DNA of 59,364 nucleotides, filler included. It is 4 parts of 4 records of this genome, joined end to end, with 100 filler letters (N's around TTAATTAATTAA, not from the genome) between each part and the next. Parts side by side here need not be neighbours in the genome. Positions count along the whole stretch, not along the records: positions 1 to 30,508 come from DRR723986_5536; positions 30,609 to 42,887 come from DRR723986_5540; 2 more parts are not named here. One strand, written 5' to 3'. Positions within the stretch are counted from its first letter, which is position 1, and every line of letters begins with the position of its first letter. The notes below the pieces were generated by a model. That model was not told the DNA's origin, searched no databases, and was given only the letters and a program-made list of their open reading frames with translations. A program made the translations under genes and the position numbers. Below are positions 27,855-35,263 of the stretch, in pieces.

Positions 27855-28124
27855 ATGAGATGCAATCGCAATCCGCTTGCCGGAGGTCTGCTGGCCGCAG
27901 GGCTGATGCTGGCCGCTACCAACGGTGCACTTGCCGACTGTCAGGCGGACATCGACAAGGTTGAAAATGCCGTTACCCACTCCGAGAGGGAGGGTATCGA
28001 CATCACTGTTGCAGAGAAGATGCGCGCACTGCTCCAGGAAGCGAACAAGGAACGGCACGCAGGCAACGAAGCAAAATGCCAGGAGCTGATCAACCAGGCA
28101 AAATACATCGGCGACGTGGAATGA
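27855..28124 (+). CDS. Small secreted hypothetical protein with two Cys
   Basis: RBS GGGAG; signal peptide ending ALA-DC; helical amphipathic mature part with a second Cys (AKCQE). Confidence 0.75.
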   Translation: MRCNRNPLAGGLLAAGLMLAATNGALADCQADIDKVENAVTHSEREGIDITVAEKMRALLQEANKERHAGNEAKCQELINQAKYIGDVE

Positions 28125-28226
28125 CGACCGATAATGTATCTGTTCCACTGGTCGGTTTGCTGCGCTTGAGGTAAGAGAACCCGTTCCGGAACAGGTGTGG
28201 GGAAACATGATTTCGGTCGTTCTTGG

Positions 28227-29462
28227 ATGAAATCGTGCCGGGACATGGCGATTGTGGGCGCCGGCATTGCCGGCTCGATCGCAGCTCTGGAACTTGCTGA
28301 TCGCGGTAACCGCGTCGTGCTTTACGATGCGGGGGCAGAACCGCTGACTGCGGCGTCGCTGGTCAACGAAGGCAAGATCCATCTCGGGTTCGTTTACGGC
28401 GGGGACAGTTCAGGTCTGACCGCACGGCGCATGATCGACGGCGCGCTTCAATTCCGGTCCATCGTGTGCCGGTGGATGGCGCAAGACCTTTTCGCTTCTT
28501 CCGTAACGCAGCCATTCGATTATGCCGTTCCCGAGGGGTCTCAGCTTTCCGCGGGTGCGGTAGAACAGCACTTTGTGCTGGTGCAAGATATCCTCCGCGA
28601 GCGGCTAGCGGCACCAAATGCAGACTACCTCGGCGAAGTGGATCTACCGGCCTTCCGGCGCCTGACCTCCCATCCTTATGGCTCTGACGCTGGCAAGATC
28701 GAGGCGGCCTTCGGAACGCCGGAACGATCCGTCGACACTCGAGCCATTGCTGATTCACTGCGCGCAGCGGTTCTTTCTCACCCGCGAATCGAGTTCCAGT
28801 CCAATCACAGGGTGACGCGTTTCGAGACAAGCCGGTCCGGATGGCAAGTGGTTGGTGAACATCGCGCTGACGGACCATTCGACCGGGTGCTCAACGCCGC
28901 CTGGGAGCAGCGCCGCTTTCTTGATCATGCCAGCGGCTTTGCTGATGATGCCTCGTGGTTCCTGCGCTACAAAATGGCGGTACTGCTGCCGGATGTTGTC
29001 GAAGATCTGGCGAATGTTACGCTCATGTTGGGGCGATACGGGGATGTCGTGCGGTATGAGACAGGCCGGGTGTATCTGTCCTGGTACCCGTCGATGATGC
29101 TCGCCAGCACACGCGACCTTTTGCTTCCGCACCCAGAGATCGCTTCTTCCCGAAAGGCCGAAATTGTGCGCAGTTCCGTTGCCGCACTTGCAGCCTACTA
29201 TCCGAAGTTAGCTGAGTTCCTGCGCTTTCCCGAGACGGACGAAGCACCGTTGATCGGCGGAGTTATCGACGCAAGGGGTGCAAGTGATATCGACGATCGC
29301 GTGAGCGATCTGCACAAGCGCAGCAGAATAGGCCCCAGCCTCCTGGCCGATGGTTATTGCAGCCTTGATCCGGGCAAATACACGACCGCACCGATGTTCG
29401 CGCTTGAAGCGGCGGACGCGCTGGCATCTTCAAGCCAGGTTCAAAAAGTCATCGCCTCATGA
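28227..29462 (+). CDS. FAD-dependent oxidoreductase (DAO-like)
   Basis: Rossmann motif IVGAGIAG, ASLVNEGKIHLG, VLNAAW, GKYTTAP. Start uncertain. Confidence 0.85.
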   Translation: MKSCRDMAIVGAGIAGSIAALELADRGNRVVLYDAGAEPLTAASLVNEGKIHLGFVYGGDSSGLTARRMIDGALQFRSIVCRWMAQDLFASSVTQPFDYAVPEGSQLSAGAVEQHFVLVQDILRERLAAPNADYLGEVDLPAFRRLTSHPYGSDAGKIEAAFGTPERSVDTRAIADSLRAAVLSHPRIEFQSNHRVTRFETSRSGWQVVGEHRADGPFDRVLNAAWEQRRFLDHASGFADDASWFLRYKMAVLLPDVVEDLANVTLMLGRYGDVVRYETGRVYLSWYPSMMLASTRDLLLPHPEIASSRKAEIVRSSVAALAAYYPKLAEFLRFPETDEAPLIGGVIDARGASDIDDRVSDLHKRSRIGPSLLADGYCSLDPGKYTTAPMFALEAADALASSSQVQKVIAS

Positions 29463-30451
29463 AGTTTCCTGCAATATGGCCATGGAAACGGCCTCGTCTG
29501 ACAATCTGTATTCCTGCCTACCGGCCGAACGGGTTTCTTGAACGGGTGCTTGCGTCGGTGCAGGAGCAGAGCTTTCGCGACTTTCGTGTTGTCATTTCCA
29601 ATGATGGCGGTTTCGAACGGGAAACCTTCGAACCGTTCCGGCGCGTGGCAAACGTGCGTATCTACCATCAGCGAGGACGACTCGGCTGGGTGGAAAACGC
29701 CAATTGGCTGATCAGAAGGGTAAGGACGCCGTATTTTGCCATCCTGCCGCAAGACGACACCATTGAGCCGGACTATTACGCCACGCTTGTGGATCTTCTG
29801 GAAAAGACACCTGCTGCCGGAAGCGCTTGCACCGCAATTCAGACCGTCGGCAGGCCGGATGAACACATCATCCGCAGCAAAAGCGTGAGCGGAGACCTGG
29901 AAGCACGGATCAGTCAGGTGTTCGGGATGAGTTATGCCGGCGTCAGTTTTCGGGCGGTCAACCGGACACCGCCAAACCTTCGTGATCTGACCGTTCCCGG
30001 AAACCGGTTCGACAACATGTTCGCCGACAGTACCTGGATCATGCGCCAGGCGATCCAGGGAGAAATGCTTTATCTCGACCGGCCGCTCTACAGGAAGCTC
30101 TACCACGACGGCAACACTCACACGAGCTGGCTGGAAACACCGGCGAAAACCCTTGCATCCGCCTGGATGCGTTATTGCCAGCAAATGGCATTCCATGCGG
30201 CACGGTCCGTGGCTGACGAGTACCAGCGCGAGGCCATATTCGATCTTGCCTGCGAGCGGGTCTTTTCCAGAAACAGCGAGTTGAGACCGCTAGCCGTCGG
30301 CTCGGCATTCGACGCGATCTGGAGCCAGAGTGAACTGGATCTGCGCCAGGAAGGTATGAAGAAGATGCTGCGGCGTTCATTGATGCAGCGCCAGGCTGGC
30401 TGCAACGCGTGGCGAGAACATATGGTCCGTGTCGCCCGAGGCACGCGATAG
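29459..30451 (+). CDS. Glycosyltransferase family 2 protein
   Basis: LTICIPAY, VLASVQEQSFRDF, ISNDGG, LGWVENAN, ILPQDD. ATGA overlap with the oxidoreductase. Confidence 0.85.
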   Translation: MKFPAIWPWKRPRLTICIPAYRPNGFLERVLASVQEQSFRDFRVVISNDGGFERETFEPFRRVANVRIYHQRGRLGWVENANWLIRRVRTPYFAILPQDDTIEPDYYATLVDLLEKTPAAGSACTAIQTVGRPDEHIIRSKSVSGDLEARISQVFGMSYAGVSFRAVNRTPPNLRDLTVPGNRFDNMFADSTWIMRQAIQGEMLYLDRPLYRKLYHDGNTHTSWLETPAKTLASAWMRYCQQMAFHAARSVADEYQREAIFDLACERVFSRNSELRPLAVGSAFDAIWSQSELDLRQEGMKKMLRRSLMQRQAGCNAWREHMVRVARGTR

Positions 30452-30508
30452 CAAAGTGCCAGCGGCGAGCGACACAATAGAGTTTCAAGCTGAATGGGGG
30501 GGGGGGGG

Positions 30509-30608
30509 NNNNNNNNNNNNNNNNNNNNNNNNNNNNNNNNNNNNNNNNNNNNTTAATTAATTAANNNNNNNNNNNNNNNNNNNNNNNNNNNNNNNNNNNN
30601 NNNNNNNN
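30509..30608. other. Artificial contig spacer
   Basis: 44 N + TTAATTAATTAA (stops in all six frames) + 44 N. Confidence 0.99.
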
Positions 30609-30854
30609 CGAGGCATTGGTGGCCCCCGGCCCGCGCGTGACCATGCAGATGCCGGGCTGGCCGGTCAGCTTGCCCCAGGCCGCCGCCATGAAGGCCGCCC
30701 CGCCCTCTTGCCGGCACAGCACGTAATCCAGCGCGCCCCGGGTGTCGTGCAGCGCATCCAGCACCGCGAGGTAGCTTTCCCCCGGCACGCCAAAGGCCCG
30801 GGTCGCCCCCAGCCCCACGAGGCTCTCTACCAGAAGCTGTCCACCGTTGCGCAT
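30609..30854 (-). CDS. Thiamine-diphosphate-binding protein (acetolactate synthase-like), N-terminal fragment
   Basis: MRNGGQLLV...FGVPGESYL...RQEGGAAFMA...VTRGPGATNAS; RBS GGAGGAGG; truncated by contig end. Confidence 0.9.
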
Positions 30855-31051
30855 TTCATCCTCCTCCGCTGTCGCTGCGCAACGGACCACCGCGCGCCGG
30901 GAAGGGCAACCCGAAACTTGCCGAGGGGCACGACGGATCGCCCGCGATGCCAAGAGGTGGCGGGCGAAGCGGCGGCAAGACGCCGGGATGAGGCGGATAT
31001 TGGCCCGGCGCGGCTGGGCGCCCCCGGCGGACCGGAGCGGGGCGCCCGGGA

Positions 31052-31915
31052 TCAGCCGTCGACGTCGACGGAGACCTCGAGGCCGAGGAAATCCGAAGCC
31101 GAGCCGTTGAAGCTGCCCGAGACGGGCGAGATCTGGTGGATGTTGCGCGCCACGGCGACGGGCACCAGATTGGCCGAGCCCACCGAGCGGTTGGTCGGAT
31201 CGAAGGAGATCCAGCCGGCGCCGGGGATGAAGACCTCTGTCCACGCGTGGGTGGCACCCGACCGCGTGGTTCCGGCAAGGGTGCCCGCCGGGTCGGAGAG
31301 GTAGCCAGAGACCAGCCGCGCCGCCATGCCGAGCGTCCGGACCGCCTCGGCGAAGAGGACCGCGAAGTCGCGGCAGGTGCCCCAGCCCCGGTCCAGCGTC
31401 TCCAGCGGGCCCTGCGTGCCCTCGGTCTCGCGGCCCTGATAGCGGATGTCGCGCGCGATCGTGTTGCTGATGTCCTTGAGCAGCGCCAGCGTGTCCGTCG
31501 GAGGCGTCGCCACGATGGACAGGGTCCAGTCGCGCAGGCGGTTCTTCTGGTCCCAGTATTGCGGCGCCAGAAGCGCCCCCAGATCGGTCACCTCGTCCGG
31601 GGTGTAGGGAAAGGGATAGGTCGCGGCCGAGGCCGAGATGGGAAAGACCGGCCAGACCGGCGCGCGCAGTTCGACCTGCATCCGGGCGGTGATCTCGAGC
31701 AGGGCGGCGGGTTCGGGAAACACGACGGAGGCGACGGCGTTGCCCGAGACGTCGTGCGACCAGTCGACGACCGCGGCGGGCCGGATGTCGAGGGCGAAGG
31801 ACTCGAGGCTGAGGTCGCGGGTTTCGCGCGGGCGCAGCATCAGCTTGTGCTGGCCCAGCGCGATCTCGCGCCGAAAGCGGTAGCGCGTGGCATGGGTGAT
31901 CGTCAGGCGGGTCAT
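31052..31915 (-). CDS. Transglutaminase-like protein with Bact_transglu_N-type N-terminus
   Basis: LTITHATRYRF...LMLRPRE N-terminus; full triad GTCRDFA (C), THAWTEV (H), FDPTN (D). Confidence 0.92.
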   Translation of the reverse strand: MTRLTITHATRYRFRREIALGQHKLMLRPRETRDLSLESFALDIRPAAVVDWSHDVSGNAVASVVFPEPAALLEITARMQVELRAPVWPVFPISASAATYPFPYTPDEVTDLGALLAPQYWDQKNRLRDWTLSIVATPPTDTLALLKDISNTIARDIRYQGRETEGTQGPLETLDRGWGTCRDFAVLFAEAVRTLGMAARLVSGYLSDPAGTLAGTTRSGATHAWTEVFIPGAGWISFDPTNRSVGSANLVPVAVARNIHQISPVSGSFNGSASDFLGLEVSVDVDG

Positions 31916-31921
31916 CGCGCG

Positions 31922-32134
31922 CTACGACCGGGTGCCAAGGCGGCGCCCGGTCGAGACCGTCTCGCGGACGCTGGCGCGCCATGTGGTCTTGCCCTTGCAG
32001 CGCGTGCAGATGCGCTCTCCGAAGCCGGCGCTGTGGAAGGTCCGGCGGCAGCACATGCATTGGCGGTCGGCGGCGACATCGGCATGGGCGCGCGTGGGCG
32101 ACCCGGCCTGCGGCCTGTCGGCGTCATCGGTCAT
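31922..32134 (-). CDS. Small putative zinc-ribbon protein (70 aa)
   Basis: CMCC-x13-CTRC pattern (RQCMCCRRTFHSAGFGERICTRCK); RBS AAGGA; ATGA-coupled to the upstream ORF. Confidence 0.75.
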   Translation of the reverse strand: MTDDADRPQAGSPTRAHADVAADRQCMCCRRTFHSAGFGERICTRCKGKTTWRASVRETVSTGRRLGTRS

Positions 32135-32436
32135 GATGTGTCCTTGGTGCGGATCAGCTGCGTCAGCGCGATCATGGGCAGCGTCGGCGGCAGTCCGGTG
32201 GAGGGGTCGGCGGTCGCCTGCGCCGGGGTGGCCTGCATCGGCAGGATCGCCTGCCGGTCCGCGCCCTCCGGCCCGTCCCGGGCGGGATCGTCGCGCATCT
32301 GGCGTTCGAGGTCGTGCAGGTGATCCCACCCGCCGTCCCGGGTCACCGCCGGTGTCGCGGCACGCCGGCGCGCCTGCGTGCTGGCCAGCGCCGGGGCCGA
32401 ACGCCGGGAGTCGAGCAGGATCGGGCCGCCGCTCAT
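32131..32436 (-). CDS. Hypothetical protein (101 aa, MSGGPILLDSRR...)
   Basis: ATGA overlaps at both ends. PILLDSRR and DLERQMRDDPA segments recall small helical proteins of alphaproteobacterial transglutaminase clusters (from memory, unverified). Confidence 0.6.
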   Translation of the reverse strand: MSGGPILLDSRRSAPALASTQARRRAATPAVTRDGGWDHLHDLERQMRDDPARDGPEGADRQAILPMQATPAQATADPSTGLPPTLPMIALTQLIRTKDTS

Positions 32437-32480
32437 CCCCGCATCCGGGCGGGGGCGGTGGCGTCGCGTGCCGCCGTCAT
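32433..32480 (-). CDS. Possible 15-aa coupling peptide MTAARDATAPARMRG
   Basis: Start overlaps the upstream stop (ATGA) and stop overlaps the downstream start (ATGA). Confidence 0.35.
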   Translation of the reverse strand: MTAARDATAPARMRG

Positions 32481-32821
32481 TCGCCGATGCCCGGGCGCGG
32501 GCTTCGCGGGTTCGGGCCGGATTCCGGCACCGGATCGCAGGGCGCGGCCCTGTAGCGGAACCCGGGAGCCGGGCCGGCGCCGGGGATGGGCGCGGTCCCG
32601 GCATAGAGGCGCCGGATCTCGGCCGCAGAGACTCCATCCGCCGCCATGACGAGCCGGACGAGCGGCTCTTCGAGCATCCGTTCGACGAAGCCGGGGCGCA
32701 GGCGGATCTGCCGGTCCGCGTGCCGCGGCGTGGCCATGTCGGTGCCGGCGGCGTGCCCGAAGCCGGGCGGAGGCGTGAAGCGGGGGCCGAGGTCGATGGC
32801 CGTGTCGAGGGGAAGGGTCAT
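32477..32821 (-). CDS. Hypothetical protein (114 aa)
   Basis: RBS GGAG; ordered core MLEEPLVRLVMAADGVSAAEIRRLY flanked by Pro-rich tails. Confidence 0.65.
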   Translation of the reverse strand: MTLPLDTAIDLGPRFTPPPGFGHAAGTDMATPRHADRQIRLRPGFVERMLEEPLVRLVMAADGVSAAEIRRLYAGTAPIPGAGPAPGFRYRAAPCDPVPESGPNPRSPRPGIGE

Positions 32822-32878
32822 GGGAAAACTCCGTATCGGACTGGGGTGACGCAGGGGGCCCGGCGGGCCCGGCGCGGG

Positions 32879-33763
32879 TCAGCTTTGGTGAGGGCTTTTC
32901 GGGGCCGCGTCGTCGACCTCATGCGTCCAGACCTCGAACGCCGACAGGGTGCCCGGCCCGAAGATCTGCGTCAGCGGCACATCCGCCGCGTCCCGCCCGC
33001 GCGCCACGAGGATGCGCCCGGTGCGCCGCGTGTTGTTGCGCGGGTCGAACACCCACCACTGGTTGTCGAGATAGACCTCCATCCAGGCGGCGAAATCGTC
33101 CGCCGGATGCGGCAGGGGCTGCCCGATCTCGCTCAGGTAGCCGGTGCAGTACCGCGCCGGGATGTTCATGCAGCGGCACAGCGCGATCCCCAGATGGGTG
33201 AAATCGCGGCAGACCCCATGCCCCCCCGCCAAGGCCTGCGCGGCGGTGCGGGTGGCATCGGCCTTCATGTAGTCGAAGGTTATGCTGTCATGGACGTAGT
33301 CGCAGATCGCCTGCACCCGCGTCCAGCCGGGCTCGGTCTGGCCGAACAGCGCCCATGCCTGCTCCGACAGAAGGTCGGTGTCGCAGTAGCGGCTGCCCAG
33401 CAGGTAGACGAGCGTCTCGAAGGGCAGGTCCTCGACCGCATGTTGCCGCGCCCCGGGGGCGCAGGGATCGGGCAGTCCGGTGTCGCGAAAGATCCCGTCG
33501 GTCTTCAGGGTGAAGGGGCCCGCCGGGGCGACCATCCGGGTGCACCAGTTGCCAAAGCCGTCGCGGTAGCTTTCGATCGGCACGCTGGGCTGCGTCACGA
33601 GGTAATCGGCGCGCTCGAGATCTCCGAACCGCGAGTAATGGACGTTGAGAAGCGCGATCAGCGGCGTCGGCTGCGTCAGGGTATGGGTGATGCGGCAGCC
33701 GATGTGCATGCGCAGACCCTCGGTCGCAGCGGCGGGGCGAAGCCCGCGCGGATCATCCTTCAT
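32879..33763 (-). CDS. Transglutaminase-like protein (triad His position occupied by Ala)
   Basis: YRDGFGNWCTR, YLLGSRYCDTD, GVCRDFTH, RYCTGYL, DFAAWMEV, FDPRNN, GRDAADV; RBS GGAGG. Confidence 0.92.
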   Translation of the reverse strand: MKDDPRGLRPAAATEGLRMHIGCRITHTLTQPTPLIALLNVHYSRFGDLERADYLVTQPSVPIESYRDGFGNWCTRMVAPAGPFTLKTDGIFRDTGLPDPCAPGARQHAVEDLPFETLVYLLGSRYCDTDLLSEQAWALFGQTEPGWTRVQAICDYVHDSITFDYMKADATRTAAQALAGGHGVCRDFTHLGIALCRCMNIPARYCTGYLSEIGQPLPHPADDFAAWMEVYLDNQWWVFDPRNNTRRTGRILVARGRDAADVPLTQIFGPGTLSAFEVWTHEVDDAAPKSPHQS

Positions 33764-34054
33764 GGCTGGTCCTCCCAGTTGTCTCGGGCCGCCACAGATG
33801 TCCGGATCGGACAGGCGACAGGGGTTCGGTCGATCGGCAGGCGGCGGGGCTGCGGGACCCGGCGACATAGCCGCCTGCGCGCATCCGCCCGGGGCCACGG
33901 CCCGCCACATGCACGGGCACGCGGGCGGGCACACAGGCAGGCACACGGGCAGGGTCGCGCCATGCGTCCTCTGCCCCGGGCGCGCGGTCCGGCGGCATCG
34001 CCAGCGTGGCGGCGCGGCGCATCTCTCGGGTCATCCAGCGCAGGGCGAGGCGGA

Positions 34055-34432
34055 TCATCCCTCGTCGGACCCGCGGGCGTCCGGGGCCTCGAGGTCGATG
34101 GCCGCAAGGCAGGCCTGCGCGATATCGCGGTCGGGCGCCTCGGTGCCCGGGACCGTGGCCCAGCCCGCCTTCATCAGCGCATCGCGCTGTTGGTAGCGCG
34201 AGGCATCGCGGATCGTGGCCAGCTTGGCCCCGCGCTGCGGATCGCTGCGCGCCATGTCGAGGCAGACCGGAACCATGGCGGCGGTCAGCCGGTCCTGCGA
34301 CAGCGTGCTGGCGCGATCCTGCGCGGCGCCGCCTGTCACCCAGCCCCCCCATGAGAAGCCGACGATGGCAAGGGCCGCCGCGCCGATCGCGGCACCGTAG
34401 AGGCCGGGCTTGAGCCATTCGGGAGCAGTCAT
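34055..34432 (-). CDS. Hypothetical membrane-anchored protein with two Cys
   Basis: RBS GGAGG; N-terminal TM helix, VGFSWGGWVTGG, VPVC...GWATVPG...AQAC. Confidence 0.85.
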   Translation of the reverse strand: MTAPEWLKPGLYGAAIGAAALAIVGFSWGGWVTGGAAQDRASTLSQDRLTAAMVPVCLDMARSDPQRGAKLATIRDASRYQQRDALMKAGWATVPGTEAPDRDIAQACLAAIDLEAPDARGSDEG

Positions 34433-34638
34433 GTGAAGTCCTCCAGCGGAGAAAGCGCCGCGTCGCTCGGGATTGCGTGGCAGAGTGTTCCCGGACGACA
34501 GTCGAGGCGCATCCGTTCCGGTCACCCGGATGTCATCCGGGATCCGAAACGCGAGGCGAGCCAAGGGCTTGCCTCATACGTACCGATGTCGTGAAAGAAA
34601 CGCCGCAGAGCGCGGCAAGGCGTATTGGGCCTGTGACA

Positions 34639-34667
34639 GATATAGTCCGTTCCGGCCGAAATTACAA
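34639..34667 (-). promoter_or_regulatory. Candidate sigma70-type promoter for the transglutaminase operon
   Basis: Minus strand TTGTAA-N17-TATATC, close to the alphaproteobacterial TTG...CTATAT consensus, in an otherwise very GC-rich region. Confidence 0.55.
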
Positions 34668-35263
34668 CGGTTGCCGGAAAAAGACCTTGCCGGTGGGGCG
34701 CCCGGATCGCCGCGCCCTCGCGCGGTGCGCGCCCGGGGCCGTTGCCGCCCGCTCGAGGCTGCCCGACCGTGACCGCCCGGCCGAAGCCGTCTCCCCCGGG
34801 GCGGCCCGGCCGACGCCGCCCGCCCGAGGCCGTCTTCTCTGTGTTCGCCAGACCGAACCCGCCCGCCCGCTCACGCCTGCCCGAAGCCGCCTGCCCGTGT
34901 ACGCCGGACCGATGCCGCCCGCCCGTGCCGCCTGCCCGTGCCGCCTGCGCACGCCCGCCCGACACGCTGCCCGCTCGATGGCACCACCCGGCTCTCGGGG
35001 CCCGGCGGGGCGATGCCCCGCGGCCCGCCCCTTCGGCGCGCACCCGGCGGCCTCGAGGCCACGCGGCGGCGCCCGGTCCGACCGGAGGGGTGCGCCATTT
35101 GCAGGTCGACCTATCCAAAAGCGAGGGTATACGATGCCTTAGTCCCCGTGACCCGTTTCCTCGCCCATGCCACACAGGCACTTTCCGCCGGAGACCATGC
35201 CATGTCGCGCAGCGCGCAGATCACGACCGCCCCCTGCCCCGCCCCGCCTTTCGCGCGGCACGC

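Noticed and set aside
30496-30508. G13 homopolymer as a phase-variation tract
   Set aside because: It sits exactly at a contig end outside any ORF; more likely a sequencing/assembly artefact.
30553-30564. TTAATTAATTAA motif repeated three times in the window (also within the spacers at 42888-42987 and 53883-53982)
   Set aside because: Always centred in 44+44 N; an artificial six-frame-stop linker, not a biological repeat or CRISPR.
30561-32060. 499-aa ORF appearing to fuse an Arg/Pro-rich region to a ThDP enzyme
   Set aside because: The upstream part is an off-frame overlap of the transglutaminase gene; the real start is the ATG at 30854 with a strong RBS.
34742-35263. 174-aa Pro/Arg-rich N-terminal extension of the hybrid kinase
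   Set aside because: Low-complexity translation of GC-rich intergenic DNA; the TM sensor begins just after the ATG at 35264.
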